Positions 25,329 to 35,930 of a stretch of 49,232 nucleotides of DNA are shown piece by piece. The stretch is from a virus: the IMG/VR virus record IMGVR_UViG_3300028549_000279. The stretch is one strand, 5' to 3'. Position 1 is the first letter of the stretch, and each line of letters starts with the position of its first letter. The notes under the pieces are model-generated. The model had not been told where the DNA came from. It saw only the letters and a program-made list of their open reading frames with translations, and searched no databases. The position numbers and the translations under genes were made by a program.

Positions 25329-25721
25329 TTAAATTGTTTTTGAAACTGAAACAGCCGTGCCACTCCAATATCTACCGTCCGAAGTAAATGAACTAAGTTT
25401 TAAAAGGTCACCAACATTTAAAGTTAAATCTACAATTAACTGACCACCATTTATGGTAGCGCCTACCAATGTTCCATTCAAATATATGCTTCCATATCCA
25501 CCAGCATTAGTTACACCAGTATGCCCACATATGCATACTTTATATTTTCCGGCTTTTAATATTGTTAAAACATCTCCACTTCTAGTAACATAATCATTAT
25601 CAATAAATAATTCACTTATCCACCCTGCTGTTAACGTTGCACTTTGTCCACCTATAGAAGCTAAACCTGCGCTGTATATAAGCTGGTTTTTTCCTGCCAC
25701 TTTCCATTCAGAATATGCCAT
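25329..25721 (-). CDS. Hypothetical tail/fibre-associated protein (130 aa)
   Basis: An RBS is present and the gene sits in the tail block. No motif recognised. Confidence 0.55.
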   Translation of the reverse strand: MAYSEWKVAGKNQLIYSAGLASIGGQSATLTAGWISELFIDNDYVTRSGDVLTILKAGKYKVCICGHTGVTNAGGYGSIYLNGTLVGATINGGQLIVDLTLNVGDLLKLSSFTSDGRYWSGTAVSVSKTI

Positions 25722-25735
25722 AATCTCACCTCTTT

Positions 25736-26254
25736 CTATAATGGATAACGGTAATATAGTTCGCCGTCAACAATATCAAATTGAATGCCATTTAAATTAG
25801 TGTTTATCGTGTCTAATGCATCATCCATAGCCTTAACCATTCCCATTGTAGGAAGCATAATATAGTTAGTGCCATCATAGATTAATTCTACAACATCACC
25901 TGCTACCCACTGTACGGTAGATTCAGTAGTTCCAAAGGCTTTGATTAATTTTGCACCTGTCGAGTTAATATTCATTGTAGGCGCTGCCGCTGTATTTTCA
26001 TAAGTGAACTTAATCATTGCCCTGCCACCTGTTTGCAGAGAATAACCAGATAGCGTCGCTACTTTTGCTACGGTTGCTGCTTCTGTCGCGCACGTTGCAT
26101 AATGATTAATATTTGCAGAACCATTGAAAGACATCCCATTAATAGACCTTGCTGTTGCTAAGGTAGTTGCTTTTGAAGCGGAGGTACTTCCAGACACTAG
26201 AGCTGCTATGTCGGTTTGATTTTGTGCTATTTGTGATAATTTTACAGCTGGCAT
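25736..26254 (-). CDS. Tail fibre protein (172 aa)
   Basis: ATARSINGMSFNGSANI resembles the common tail-fibre motif (R.I.G..FdGSaNI). AAGGAGG RBS. Confidence 0.6.
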   Translation of the reverse strand: MPAVKLSQIAQNQTDIAALVSGSTSASKATTLATARSINGMSFNGSANINHYATCATEAATVAKVATLSGYSLQTGGRAMIKFTYENTAAAPTMNINSTGAKLIKAFGTTESTVQWVAGDVVELIYDGTNYIMLPTMGMVKAMDDALDTINTNLNGIQFDIVDGELYYRYPL

Positions 26255-26255
26255 A

Positions 26256-27290
26256 TTAAGCCTCCTTTACTATCCAATGAATGTATGGTTCTAAAGTAGC
26301 TGCACCTGTTTCATCTTCATACTTGATTTCCCAACCAGTGTGTGATGCTTCAAGTGCCTTTAATCTATTGTTGATAGTTACACTAATCTTATCAAACAAA
26401 TCTGATATTGTGACAATCTCAATATTTGTCATAGCTGTTAACTGTGTAAGAACTGCTGTTAATTCTGTAGCAGAGTAAGTAGCTGAACTAGAATCCACTC
26501 TGAAAATAACTGCATAGTTATTATTAACTGCATCATCAATAGCATTCTGCACAACAGTACTAAGTGCTGTATTAGCGGTGTCTATTAAAATTGTTTTTAT
26601 AGCACCAGCGTCGAAGTTATCTGAGTCTACTAAACCTGCGGTTGCTTTGATTCCGTATTCCCATAAAGATTCTACTGCCAATTCCACAGTACTTGTAGCT
26701 GAACCTCCTGGGTACATCATAACTTTTTCAGCCCCTAACAACGCGTTAGTTGTTAAGTATGTTCTGATGTTGTTTAATGTTGCAACAACCGTGCCATCTG
26801 CAAGAGGAGCACTTGTCCAACCATGTGGAACAACATCAAACCCTGCAGTTTTTGCTACTTGTAAATCAGCAAGACTTGTATACGCACCAGTTGACCCGAT
26901 TAATCCTGGGTAAGCTGATAGGCACCCAACAACGCCTTTACTAGCAAGTAGAGTTCTAAATCCGTTGGCTGATGTTGTTGGTGCTTCATCAATGAATACA
27001 AAAGTGGGCTGTTGTAATTTAGCACTTGTCTTATTTGTAACAGATGCAGCCATGGAAGCAATTGCTTCCTGGACTGTCTCTGTGATTGCTTGTGCAATAA
27101 CTTCTTGATTAAGATTCACTAACGCGTCTGGGATTCCTGTAGTGCTAAGGTAATCTAACCAGGATGCATTATAATCTCCTTGTGAAACAAGTAAATTTAA
27201 AATAGAATTAAACTCCTCTGGAGTTACTAACTCTAATGACTTATATTCAAAAACTTTCTTTATAAATTTAGGTATCCAAGTAGTAGCCAT
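26256..27290 (-). CDS. Tail-associated protein (344 aa)
   Basis: The start is set at MATTW (27290) because AGGAGGG lies 6 nt upstream; the track's longer start includes the RBS. Function unknown. Confidence 0.6.
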   Translation of the reverse strand: MATTWIPKFIKKVFEYKSLELVTPEEFNSILNLLVSQGDYNASWLDYLSTTGIPDALVNLNQEVIAQAITETVQEAIASMAASVTNKTSAKLQQPTFVFIDEAPTTSANGFRTLLASKGVVGCLSAYPGLIGSTGAYTSLADLQVAKTAGFDVVPHGWTSAPLADGTVVATLNNIRTYLTTNALLGAEKVMMYPGGSATSTVELAVESLWEYGIKATAGLVDSDNFDAGAIKTILIDTANTALSTVVQNAIDDAVNNNYAVIFRVDSSSATYSATELTAVLTQLTAMTNIEIVTISDLFDKISVTINNRLKALEASHTGWEIKYEDETGAATLEPYIHWIVKEA

Positions 27291-27344
27291 TTGAAGCCCT
27301 CCTATCATTATTAGTGTACTTCCTAGAAGTACTACCGTCAATAA

Positions 27345-29795
27345 TTATCGTGAAAATAGTGTTCTGTAAATCCAACTCATGTGTAATAATTCATAGGGAA
27401 CTTCATTTGTACTAAGGATTCTAACAGCACCACCGTATCCTTTGGCAGACATGCGGTACCGAATCTTAAATACATTTATGTCTGGGAATACTGAACCATC
27501 TAACTGCCATGCTCCTAATTGTGTAAGGCTAGGAGTTTCTAAAGAATCGGCTAGGATGCGTTCTACAAACACAACTCCATAGTTAGGGTCTGTCTTATCT
27601 GTTATCTGTGAAACCACATGTTCATACATAGGCACAACTTCCACATCATCTGTAACAAAAGCAGTATGGAAATTGAGCTGTCCTTGCTGTAACATATTCA
27701 CAGAGAACTGAACCTCTCTGAACCGTTTCTTCATTTCAATGTCATAATCTCTGTACCCTGTATCAAGATATTGAAAGTTACCAAACCCATGTCGTGCTGC
27801 ATTATTTAGAGGAATGGCATCCAACACAAACGCATCATTGAACTGAATATAACTTGTGTACACTCTGTAATCGTGGTACCACAAATGTGCAAAGATACTC
27901 TTGCTTGTAACCGTTGGCTTGTACACTACCATTCTATAAGGACTGGCTTCCCATGCATAGGTAGTCCATGCTCGAAGTACTGTATCATAATTAAATGATA
28001 AATCAAAATAGTACTCTACAGTTTTACGTGCGCCTGTAACAAGTGTTGTTTTAAATTTATAAGTATTACGCACCTGTGTGTCATCTAAATAACTGTGTGT
28101 GTCCATGAGTTCTATATTATAATCATCGTCTGACTCCGTGTAATGCAGGTTGTACACGCTGTTTAAAATATCTTTGCAGGAGTCTTCAAAATTATCAAAG
28201 ATTTGTTCAACGGAGCGTGTAACTGGTGCAATCTGCATCTCTCCAGTAATGGACGCTGTATTAGGGACAACCATGTAATAGTAGTTACCAGATTTGAAGT
28301 ACACCATATTCTGCACAGTGAACACAGAAGCGATATCTGACTCACGCATGTTAAGACGTTCTTGTACGCATGTCGTTGTGTAGGACAACCCGTCTGGGTT
28401 TAAGACCAGTTTGTACAGAGAACTTTTTGTAAACACTAACAGGTTGGTCATATATGGTACGCACACTATGATATCATCACTAAATATCTCACTGTTATTT
28501 GGGTAAGGCATATACCCTGGGTCATTTATTTCGGATACAAACAAAGTACCTTTGGCTCCTTGCACTCCCCATAAAACGATACGCTGCTGCCAATAACACA
28601 TACCTCTAGCTGTGCCTAGATTAAATTTTGCTGGTGTTGCATTTAACATAGAGCTTGCATTATTACTTGTAAGATAATAAGACGCTAAAGTAATAACCTG
28701 TGTAGGAGACAGGTGTGCATCCTTAGTCATCAGTGCTTGTAGTGTTGTGCTTGCATCCCATGAAGCATCCTGTGAAATGATAGCTGTCTTTTTATAACAC
28801 TTTACAATCACAGAGAATGATGTGAATGTAGGGGAATATGTGAACGATACTTCGTCACCAGGGGTGTACTCTAAGGAATCACGTACCTTATGGATTACTA
28901 CTGCATCCACACTGGTGTCCAGGTTCTGAATCTCAAACTGAAACAGATATTTATCTGTTATGTCTGACTCTGGGTATTTATAAAACACTTTAAACACGAT
29001 AGGAGTACCAGGTCTTGCAGTGAGTAATAACTCACCTTGTTCTGAGTAAGGCACGATACCAGTTAGTACTGGATTTCCTGTGGCTCCAAGACTTGTGTTA
29101 GCAAAAGTATAAGGATTAGTCTTCCACATATTGTACCCATAATTAATAGCCTGTGCAGGCTGTACCTCAGTAGACGTAACTTTGCTTACCTCCCAGGTAA
29201 TTTCTGTACGGGCTTCATTAAATTTAGCTTTAATACTTCCAAGGTAACTTTCAGTAGCATCTTGTACAAGTACATAAGTGTTTGCTTCAAGAGATGCTGA
29301 GATACCTACACGTGGGTGTGGTTCTGCAATCAACATTCCATGTGCTTCATATGCTGCTGGTTTCATTAACAGTTTGCGTGATGCAGTGTCACCAACGTAA
29401 ACAGCGTTTAAATAACTACCATACTCAACAACCAGATTAGCACCAGCACATATAAACAGCCCATTAGCATCAGTAGCACCAATGAGTGAATAAGAACAAA
29501 GTTCAGCATTAGAAGAATCAAAGTAATCTACATACATAGCACCAGAGTGGTGCACACAGTAATCTTTATTTGTTTCTGCAACAACTTGTTCTGATACTTT
29601 ATCCATAACCAGGCATAGCCCTCCTCTGGGAGCAAGGGCTTCACCACCATTCTTTATATTAAAGTTTACCATAGTTTTTGCAAACCCAGACATATGAGGT
29701 GCATTGGTATATTTCATACCACTGGCAAACCCTGTCTCAGTTGTGATATATTTGGTGCGTTCTGCACCAGCTTTATAAGGACGTGTCATTGCCAT
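27345..29795 (-). CDS. Large tail structural protein (816 aa)
   Basis: AGGAGG RBS. Size and position in the tail block support the call; no catalytic motif recognised. Confidence 0.65.
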   Translation of the reverse strand: MAMTRPYKAGAERTKYITTETGFASGMKYTNAPHMSGFAKTMVNFNIKNGGEALAPRGGLCLVMDKVSEQVVAETNKDYCVHHSGAMYVDYFDSSNAELCSYSLIGATDANGLFICAGANLVVEYGSYLNAVYVGDTASRKLLMKPAAYEAHGMLIAEPHPRVGISASLEANTYVLVQDATESYLGSIKAKFNEARTEITWEVSKVTSTEVQPAQAINYGYNMWKTNPYTFANTSLGATGNPVLTGIVPYSEQGELLLTARPGTPIVFKVFYKYPESDITDKYLFQFEIQNLDTSVDAVVIHKVRDSLEYTPGDEVSFTYSPTFTSFSVIVKCYKKTAIISQDASWDASTTLQALMTKDAHLSPTQVITLASYYLTSNNASSMLNATPAKFNLGTARGMCYWQQRIVLWGVQGAKGTLFVSEINDPGYMPYPNNSEIFSDDIIVCVPYMTNLLVFTKSSLYKLVLNPDGLSYTTTCVQERLNMRESDIASVFTVQNMVYFKSGNYYYMVVPNTASITGEMQIAPVTRSVEQIFDNFEDSCKDILNSVYNLHYTESDDDYNIELMDTHSYLDDTQVRNTYKFKTTLVTGARKTVEYYFDLSFNYDTVLRAWTTYAWEASPYRMVVYKPTVTSKSIFAHLWYHDYRVYTSYIQFNDAFVLDAIPLNNAARHGFGNFQYLDTGYRDYDIEMKKRFREVQFSVNMLQQGQLNFHTAFVTDDVEVVPMYEHVVSQITDKTDPNYGVVFVERILADSLETPSLTQLGAWQLDGSVFPDINVFKIRYRMSAKGYGGAVRILSTNEVPYELLHMSWIYRTLFSR

Positions 29796-29805
29796 GCGCT
29801 ACCTC

Positions 29806-30909
29806 CTAGTAATGCAAATATAAATCAGCCGTAGTATTGCCCGAACCATCTTTGTTATCCACATAACAACCACTCAGCTTTCCTAACACTTCTTCTACGG
29901 CACCTTGTATATTAATAGCATCTAATCCTGCTATAGTAGTAGGAATAAGCAGAGCTGGAGTGTTGTGCGCATTAGATTCTAAAATTAAAGAATGTTCATA
30001 TGCTGCTTTACCTTTGTCTCCATAATATGCAGTAGCTGCAGTTTCACCAAGAGCTAACGATTTTGAAATCTCTGTGTACTGTGTACCTGTCCAACGATAG
30101 GTAAGATTTGCAGTAGTGTCCACATAGATTTTATTTTCTTCACCAGTTACAGGAAACGCTGCAGTATTAATAAATTCTAACACATCGTCTACATAAGATG
30201 GAAGTTGGTTCGTAGGCACAAGTCCTGCCACTAAGTCTGCTTTCAGTGCAAGAGCTGCTGCTTCTGCAATTGAAATTGGTTTATCTGCGTCAGCTGTGTT
30301 ATCAACAAGCGGAAGTCCCACTTCCGTTTTTGTAACCTGGTGTGGATTACCAACAACAACTAAGGAATGTTCATATCCTAGCTTGCCTCTGTCTCCACGA
30401 TATGCGGTGTCTTCTGTTTCACCAAGCCCTAAACCATATGAACTAAGAAACGTTTCGTACATTGCGGTTATCTCAGAATACATCTGCTCTATAAATCCAT
30501 TAATGCGTGAAGTTGCGTCTAAATAACTAAGGGTCTGTTCTGTGTTAAGTGCAGTTAAATCTTTATTAGTATTTGATATATCAGCTGAGTTCTGTGCGGA
30601 ATTTCTAGCAGCTTCTGCTGCAGCAACGACACCACTCACGGTAGCAGCTAGAGTAGCAAGTCCGTTCACTTGCCCTTGGAAATAAGTCTGATAAGCCTGC
30701 ACTAATTCTGTTTCTAAAGCATCTAAATCTTTAGAGATACCATCACTAGTTACAGGGTTAGTACTACCCTTAGTGGCGTGTGAGTCAAATGTAAGTGCGC
30801 TCTGCTTTGCATTCCAAGTTGCTTTTTCTAAATCCGTAACTCCATATGTCTGTGGTGTTGGTGTTACTGGATTGATTGGTTCTTCTATCATACCGTTATC
30901 CCAGTTCAT
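29806..30909 (-). CDS. Tail fibre / appendage protein (367 aa)
   Basis: VGLPLVDNTADADKPISIAEAAALALKADL and KIYVDTTANLTYRWTGTQYTEIS are motifs widely seen in phage fibres. An internal duplication is present: LGETEDTAYRGDRGKLGYEHSL and LGETAATAYYGDKGKAAYEHSL. Confidence 0.7.
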   Translation of the reverse strand: MNWDNGMIEEPINPVTPTPQTYGVTDLEKATWNAKQSALTFDSHATKGSTNPVTSDGISKDLDALETELVQAYQTYFQGQVNGLATLAATVSGVVAAAEAARNSAQNSADISNTNKDLTALNTEQTLSYLDATSRINGFIEQMYSEITAMYETFLSSYGLGLGETEDTAYRGDRGKLGYEHSLVVVGNPHQVTKTEVGLPLVDNTADADKPISIAEAAALALKADLVAGLVPTNQLPSYVDDVLEFINTAAFPVTGEENKIYVDTTANLTYRWTGTQYTEISKSLALGETAATAYYGDKGKAAYEHSLILESNAHNTPALLIPTTIAGLDAINIQGAVEEVLGKLSGCYVDNKDGSGNTTADLYLHY

Positions 30910-30918
30910 AGTCCCCTC

Positions 30919-31356
30919 CTATATTGTTCCAGAATCAAACACAAGCCCACGGTATCCTAAAGTATCATTAGACAATGGTGCTACAATAGACCCTTGTTCT
31001 GAATTTGCTTGATACTGTGCAGGAATGTCATAGAGCATATCTCTCAACATTGTAAACTTACCATTCTCAAAATCTACTTGGTATTGTATAGCAGTCTGAG
31101 CACCCTCCTCGTCTGTTACATAGAAGTGCCAAGCTGCACCAGGTATTACAACTGTTCTGATATACCTATCTGGAAAATAATTATACACTGCTTCTGGAGC
31201 AGCAACATCCAGGTCAGAAAACACTGGATAGATTGTATTCATTTTATCATTTATAGCATCAATGGCTGCATCCAGGTGTGGTAACATCTCACTCATTGTG
31301 AGTGTCTCACCTGCAAGAGCTTCATTGAAAAGTTTCTTTATCTTAGTAAGTAACAT
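30919..31356 (-). CDS. Head-tail adaptor/connector-like protein (145 aa)
   Basis: The start is set at MLLTKIKKLF, with GGAGG 7 nt upstream. The call rests on its position after the capsid genes. Confidence 0.5.
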   Translation of the reverse strand: MLLTKIKKLFNEALAGETLTMSEMLPHLDAAIDAINDKMNTIYPVFSDLDVAAPEAVYNYFPDRYIRTVVIPGAAWHFYVTDEEGAQTAIQYQVDFENGKFTMLRDMLYDIPAQYQANSEQGSIVAPLSNDTLGYRGLVFDSGTI

Positions 31357-31371
31357 ATTATACCTCCACAA

Positions 31372-31398
31372 TAAAACAGGACGGTTTGCACCGTCCTG
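31372..31398 (-). terminator. Rho-independent terminator (minus strand) after the 126-aa gene
   Basis: On the minus strand, caggacgg-tgcaaa-ccgtcctg (8-bp GC-rich stem) is followed by TTTTATT. Confidence 0.7.
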
Positions 31399-31407
31399 GT
31401 AAGTGTA

Positions 31408-31788
31408 CTAGGCTCTTGTAATCAGACCTTTTTCACCTGCGTAGGTTTCACTGTTCTGTTGTACATTTGCCATGCCTCTACGAATTCTCTCTTGTTCATC
31501 TACCATCGCGATTCTTTCATGGAAGACTGATGCAAAAGTTTCGGGGATGCTGTACTGTTGCCCGTCTAACGGAACATAAACTGCTACACCGTTGATGATG
31601 ATAGGCATCATATTACCGAAAAACGGTCTATACATAGGTGAACCCTGTACTACTGCTTTTGCTTCTTGCTGATAAGCTGCGGCAACTGTCTTTTTGTTAG
31701 CTTCAAGTTCCTGCACCTTTTGATTAAGTTTTGCATTTAACGCAGTAGTATCAACTACTGTATTAGGTTTAGCGTTGTTTGCTGCCAT
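31408..31788 (-). CDS. Hypothetical head protein (126 aa), possible decoration protein
   Basis: GGAGG RBS. It lies inside the promoter-to-terminator cassette shared with the scaffold and major capsid genes. Confidence 0.6.
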   Translation of the reverse strand: MAANNAKPNTVVDTTALNAKLNQKVQELEANKKTVAAAYQQEAKAVVQGSPMYRPFFGNMMPIIINGVAVYVPLDGQQYSIPETFASVFHERIAMVDEQERIRRGMANVQQNSETYAGEKGLITRA

Positions 31789-31825
31789 AATTCTATTCCT
31801 CCCAAGGGGTTAGCCCCCACACAGC

Positions 31826-33061
31826 CTATACGTTAAGCTGTGTAGGAACATTGATGTAATCCACAATCGCTTCTGTTCTAACAGATGCAAACCCTACTGA
31901 GTTGATTTTGAAACCGATGGACTGTCTCTGGTCGATAGGGTCAAGTACACCAGTCGAACCAAGAGGTTTCACGTACATCTTTGCGTCCTGTTCTCCCTGC
32001 ATACCTGTACGAACAAGTGCCTCTTTTCCTAAGATAAGAGTATGCTGTACTTTGAGCGCCTGGTATCCAGATGCTACGAGAGACTGAGCTGCTGCATCGT
32101 AGTCTGTATGTGCTGGGATATAAGATGCATCAAATCCTGTACGAGAGTCTTTTACATAACCAGCTGCGATTGCTGCTGCAGCGGCTGTAGCTTCAACTTC
32201 TTTGAACTCAATGTAAGTTGTACCATCGTTAGCAAGCGTGTAACCTGCAGTTGCAGTTGCAGCTGATGTAACTACTTTGTACTCAATAAAGTAGTACTTA
32301 CCATCTGCTTTCTTGTACGAAATGGTTGTAGGACAATTCATAACTTCATAAAACTCAAATCCGAACAATGGGATTAAGGTTGCGTTATCGTAGATACCTG
32401 CTGTAGTCTGGTTGATTTTCATGTAGTTCTGTACATATTCATCATCCAGCATATCATAAACAAGTTCTGGGGAAACGATAACGTGGAACTTACCATTGCT
32501 TCTTGGTTTGATAAGTGTCTTCTTTAAAGATAAGCCAATGAGTCTTAGGTCAGCGATGCTTGGTTTTGACCAAGGACGTAACAGACTCTGGTTTAAAGCA
32601 AGTCCTGCGAAGAACTTCTGAGCTACCATGAGCATAGCTTTCTGAGCAAGCAAGTCGAGTGTTTCTACTGCTACGATAGAATACTCTTTTGAGTAGTGTG
32701 CCACAACTGGGTCAACTACTTTAAAGTCTACCTTATCAGTGAATTCCATGTACCTACCATACTGGTCTGCCTGTACTTCGTATTTTTCAACGGAGCCTTT
32801 ATCAGAGATAGGTGGTACACCCTCTGCTAACGGAACTGTGTGCGCCTGTAAAGGTGCCCATCTACGAACCATAAGTTTGTCTGCTTTTTCCTGGATTGGC
32901 ATTTCATCAGCATATCTGTAATAGGTATACTGCACTGCGTCCAGACGAATTGTATCTAACAGCTGTTTGCTGTAGAATACTTCTGGTGCGATAACACCTG
33001 CACCATGATTGTTCACGTAATTGACTGCTGCATTAATGTCAGCTGTTGAATTAAGAAACAT
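31826..33061 (-). CDS. Major capsid protein (411 aa)
   Basis: The gene follows portal and scaffold, has a GAGGAGG RBS, is of typical HK97-fold MCP size, and lies in a high-expression cassette. Confidence 0.75.
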   Translation of the reverse strand: MFLNSTADINAAVNYVNNHGAGVIAPEVFYSKQLLDTIRLDAVQYTYYRYADEMPIQEKADKLMVRRWAPLQAHTVPLAEGVPPISDKGSVEKYEVQADQYGRYMEFTDKVDFKVVDPVVAHYSKEYSIVAVETLDLLAQKAMLMVAQKFFAGLALNQSLLRPWSKPSIADLRLIGLSLKKTLIKPRSNGKFHVIVSPELVYDMLDDEYVQNYMKINQTTAGIYDNATLIPLFGFEFYEVMNCPTTISYKKADGKYYFIEYKVVTSAATATAGYTLANDGTTYIEFKEVEATAAAAAIAAGYVKDSRTGFDASYIPAHTDYDAAAQSLVASGYQALKVQHTLILGKEALVRTGMQGEQDAKMYVKPLGSTGVLDPIDQRQSIGFKINSVGFASVRTEAIVDYINVPTQLNV

Positions 33062-33092
33062 ATGTTATCCTCCTCATTTGCGTTGTATATTG

Positions 33093-33914
33093 TTAGTTCA
33101 ACTTAACACTATCTAAAATAGCGTTGAGTCCTGCTACTGTAGTGACTTTCTGTTCTGAGTTACCACCACCAGCACCTTGTATGCTGCCTGGGTTAGAACT
33201 CGATTGGTCTGCCGCACCACTCTTTTTCAGTGCTTCTTGCACTGCTGCCTCTATACGTTTGTTTACGATGTCATTGAAATGTAATGATTGATACTCATTT
33301 ACCAAATCCACTTTGTCAGTGAATGGGTTGATTCCTTTTTGGTCTAACTCTAAAGCAAATGCTTTAAGTTCTGTTTCGTTAATACCAAACTGGGTCATTA
33401 CATTTTGGAATCCTATTGATGCAGCAGCTTGAAACTGTTGCATTTTGTAAGCATCGCTGTCAGCTCTGAGTGCTTCGACCTCTTTTAAAAGTTCGACTGG
33501 CACATTCTGTTTCTGCGCTAGTTTTGTAATTGCATCTTCGTTTAACTTTGCGAGTAATTCATTTGGGTCTTTGTATTCAATTCCTGCTGCGCCTGCCACC
33601 TTTCCTAAGATAGCCTGCATGTCAGAAATTTGCTTACGCATCTGTCCAAATGCAAAATTAGTTTTTGTTGCAGAATCTGCTTCACCTGCTGGTGGTACAG
33701 TTTCTGTGTTTGCGCCATCTGTTGCTGCGCCTGTGTTAGCACCTGCTGTTGCGTCTGTACCTGCTGGCGGTGTTGCTTGTCCAGAAGTATCAGTGCCTGT
33801 GCCTGTGTCCATACCTGCAAGAAGTGTGTCTAAGGAACTTGCAGCGGATTCTGTAACTGCGCCATCCCCCTCTACTGCTGAATATGGGATAACTATAATT
33901 CTCTGATTTACCAT
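33093..33914 (-). CDS. Scaffolding protein (273 aa)
   Basis: It sits between portal and MCP. It has an A/G/T-rich disordered N-terminus followed by a charged helical C-terminal half. Confidence 0.65.
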   Translation of the reverse strand: MVNQRIIVIPYSAVEGDGAVTESAASSLDTLLAGMDTGTGTDTSGQATPPAGTDATAGANTGAATDGANTETVPPAGEADSATKTNFAFGQMRKQISDMQAILGKVAGAAGIEYKDPNELLAKLNEDAITKLAQKQNVPVELLKEVEALRADSDAYKMQQFQAAASIGFQNVMTQFGINETELKAFALELDQKGINPFTDKVDLVNEYQSLHFNDIVNKRIEAAVQEALKKSGAADQSSSNPGSIQGAGGGNSEQKVTTVAGLNAILDSVKLN

Positions 33915-34001
33915 ACTACCGTTCTCCTTTTCATATTAGTGCGGCGTCACTAATAATATACACGCATTTAAGGTTGCGGAACCTATGTATTTCTATTTAT
34001 A

Positions 34002-34031
34002 ACTATACACACGTATGTTCCCTACCGTCAA
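34002..34031 (-). promoter_or_regulatory. Sigma70-like promoter (minus strand) driving scaffold and MCP
   Basis: On the minus strand: TTGACG (34031-34026), an 18-nt spacer, then TATAGT (34007-34002). Confidence 0.5.
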
Positions 34032-34042
34032 GTGTTTACAAC

Positions 34043-34074
34043 AAAAAAGACGCACAATTTTTAAATTGTACGCC
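34043..34074 (-). terminator. Rho-independent terminator (minus strand) after the portal gene
   Basis: On the minus strand, ggcgtacaattt/aaattgtgcgtc forms a 12-bp stem whose two G-U pairs are valid only on the minus strand. TTTTTT follows. Confidence 0.6.
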
Positions 34075-34124
34075 TTTTCATATAATACAGGAAGAACACC
34101 AATGTCTACTAACAATGTAACATG

Positions 34125-35930
34125 TTATACCATGCCTGTCAAGCCACCCTGTTGCATCTGCTGTATCTGTTCCTGTGGTGCTTTATCTCCATCACCATCT
34201 GGTTTACTCTGTCTAGCCATTGTATCAGCAGTAACTGCGATTGCTTCATCTGGGTTTACACCGTTTGAAGTAAGTGCTGCGTACTCTGTAACTGCTTGTG
34301 CTACTAGTGTTGTCCAGTTCTGAGTACGCTGTATGCCCATTCTTTCTTGCATGTACTCACGCATTGGTAAGTCTTGCATCATCAACCATTCTTCTGGTGT
34401 GATAAGTTCTACTTCAATGCCTGCTCCCTGGTACTGCATCTGCATTTCCATCAAGTGATTAGCAACTGCCTCTATTCTAGATTTATTCTTAGGAAGTTCT
34501 GAGGAAATCATTAACTCATAACTAAACACAGTGTCATTTGAAATATTAGGGAAATCGACTTCTTCGGTCTTCCATGCTAAAGTTCGTGGATTCTTTACAA
34601 AGTATTTCCGTTTGATTGCACTGTGTGTAATGTAATTGCTTATGATAAGCTGGGTCAAACGTTTTGAATAGGACTCATAGTTGATAACCTTTGGAGCATC
34701 TATCATAGTAACCTGGTCTAGCATACTATTGATACCACCAGTAGTTAGAACGGAACCTGTGTCACGCCCTGTGTACCTGCCATCTACTCCAGATACTGTC
34801 TGCACATCATTTGCAAGAAGTGCCATTTCCGAAGTAGCTTGCTGTGTTGCAGTAGGGAAACTATGATAGTGTACAGCTTTTGACGCATCACCCTGCACTA
34901 CGAATGTACGGTCTGCATCATTACCATGCTTAGTAAATGTAGCAACGTTGATTCCAGACTGCCCACTAACGAATCTAGGTGGACGTTGGTTCTTATACTC
35001 AGAAGTAAGTATCAGACTGGACATAATGTTGTACGCCAGGGAGTTCTGAAATATCTTAGCTGGTTCTGAGGTGCCAATCAAATCATCTGCTGGAAGATTA
35101 CAGTACAACTCTGCAAATGGGAATGTACTTGGCTTAATATCCTGCTTCACATACAGTGGAGTTTTGTTATTGAGCAGATGAATCTCATGTATCTTGTTGT
35201 CATTGTCTCTAACCCAGTAAGTCATAACTGCATAGTAGTCTTTCTTGTTGGCTGCAGTAGGTGATACATGGTCTGTTAAATTAACAGCCATACTGTCTGA
35301 ACTAGAATTGCTGCCACCCTCATTTATATATTCTGTGAACGCTTCTTTGTAAATAGGCGTACTTTTTAATACAGATGCATGGTAGTAATCCCATATGACA
35401 CAGAAAGACGCAGTATCTAAGTCAACTGCGAATGGGTCACGCATAAATCGCAGTGGATTTATGTTTTTCAACTTAGCTTCACCCTTATGGAACGCGTCAC
35501 CAGAGCCACGGACAATATTATTGTTCCAACCTACCTGTGTAACACCATAATTTAGTAATGCTGCACGCTCTCCTGCTTGCATTTGATATGTTGCAACATT
35601 AAGCTCTGCCCAAATCGCATCAAGTGCAATATTTAACTGCCCAACAATCTCTTTGTCTGCGCTGGAGGTAGGAATTAGTGATGCTGACTTACCTACAGTG
35701 TACACGGACGCTAAAATATTGTTCTTAACATACGAAACATGGTTGGTATCTGGTAAAATCTGGTACGCTGGGAACTTTGCACGCACAGCGTCCCATAATC
35801 TACCTCGGTCTACAGCATCTAGCTTAACTGCACGCTTGTGGGCAGCTGAATACTCAGTCTGTGCCACCTTAAACTTCTCATTCAGCTGTGAAACCTCTAC
35901 ACCTTGTGGTAATTTCACTGTATCAGCCAT
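34125..35930 (-). CDS. Portal protein (601 aa)
   Basis: Size and position immediately downstream of TerL (with one small ORF between) support the call. AGGAGG RBS. Confidence 0.7.
   Translation of the reverse strand: MADTVKLPQGVEVSQLNEKFKVAQTEYSAAHKRAVKLDAVDRGRLWDAVRAKFPAYQILPDTNHVSYVKNNILASVYTVGKSASLIPTSSADKEIVGQLNIALDAIWAELNVATYQMQAGERAALLNYGVTQVGWNNNIVRGSGDAFHKGEAKLKNINPLRFMRDPFAVDLDTASFCVIWDYYHASVLKSTPIYKEAFTEYINEGGSNSSSDSMAVNLTDHVSPTAANKKDYYAVMTYWVRDNDNKIHEIHLLNNKTPLYVKQDIKPSTFPFAELYCNLPADDLIGTSEPAKIFQNSLAYNIMSSLILTSEYKNQRPPRFVSGQSGINVATFTKHGNDADRTFVVQGDASKAVHYHSFPTATQQATSEMALLANDVQTVSGVDGRYTGRDTGSVLTTGGINSMLDQVTMIDAPKVINYESYSKRLTQLIISNYITHSAIKRKYFVKNPRTLAWKTEEVDFPNISNDTVFSYELMISSELPKNKSRIEAVANHLMEMQMQYQGAGIEVELITPEEWLMMQDLPMREYMQERMGIQRTQNWTTLVAQAVTEYAALTSNGVNPDEAIAVTADTMARQSKPDGDGDKAPQEQIQQMQQGGLTGMV

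Noticed and set aside
34015-34323. 102-aa plus-strand ORF in the portal-scaffold gap
   Set aside because: It runs antisense into the portal gene and across the minus-strand terminator and promoter. It has no RBS.
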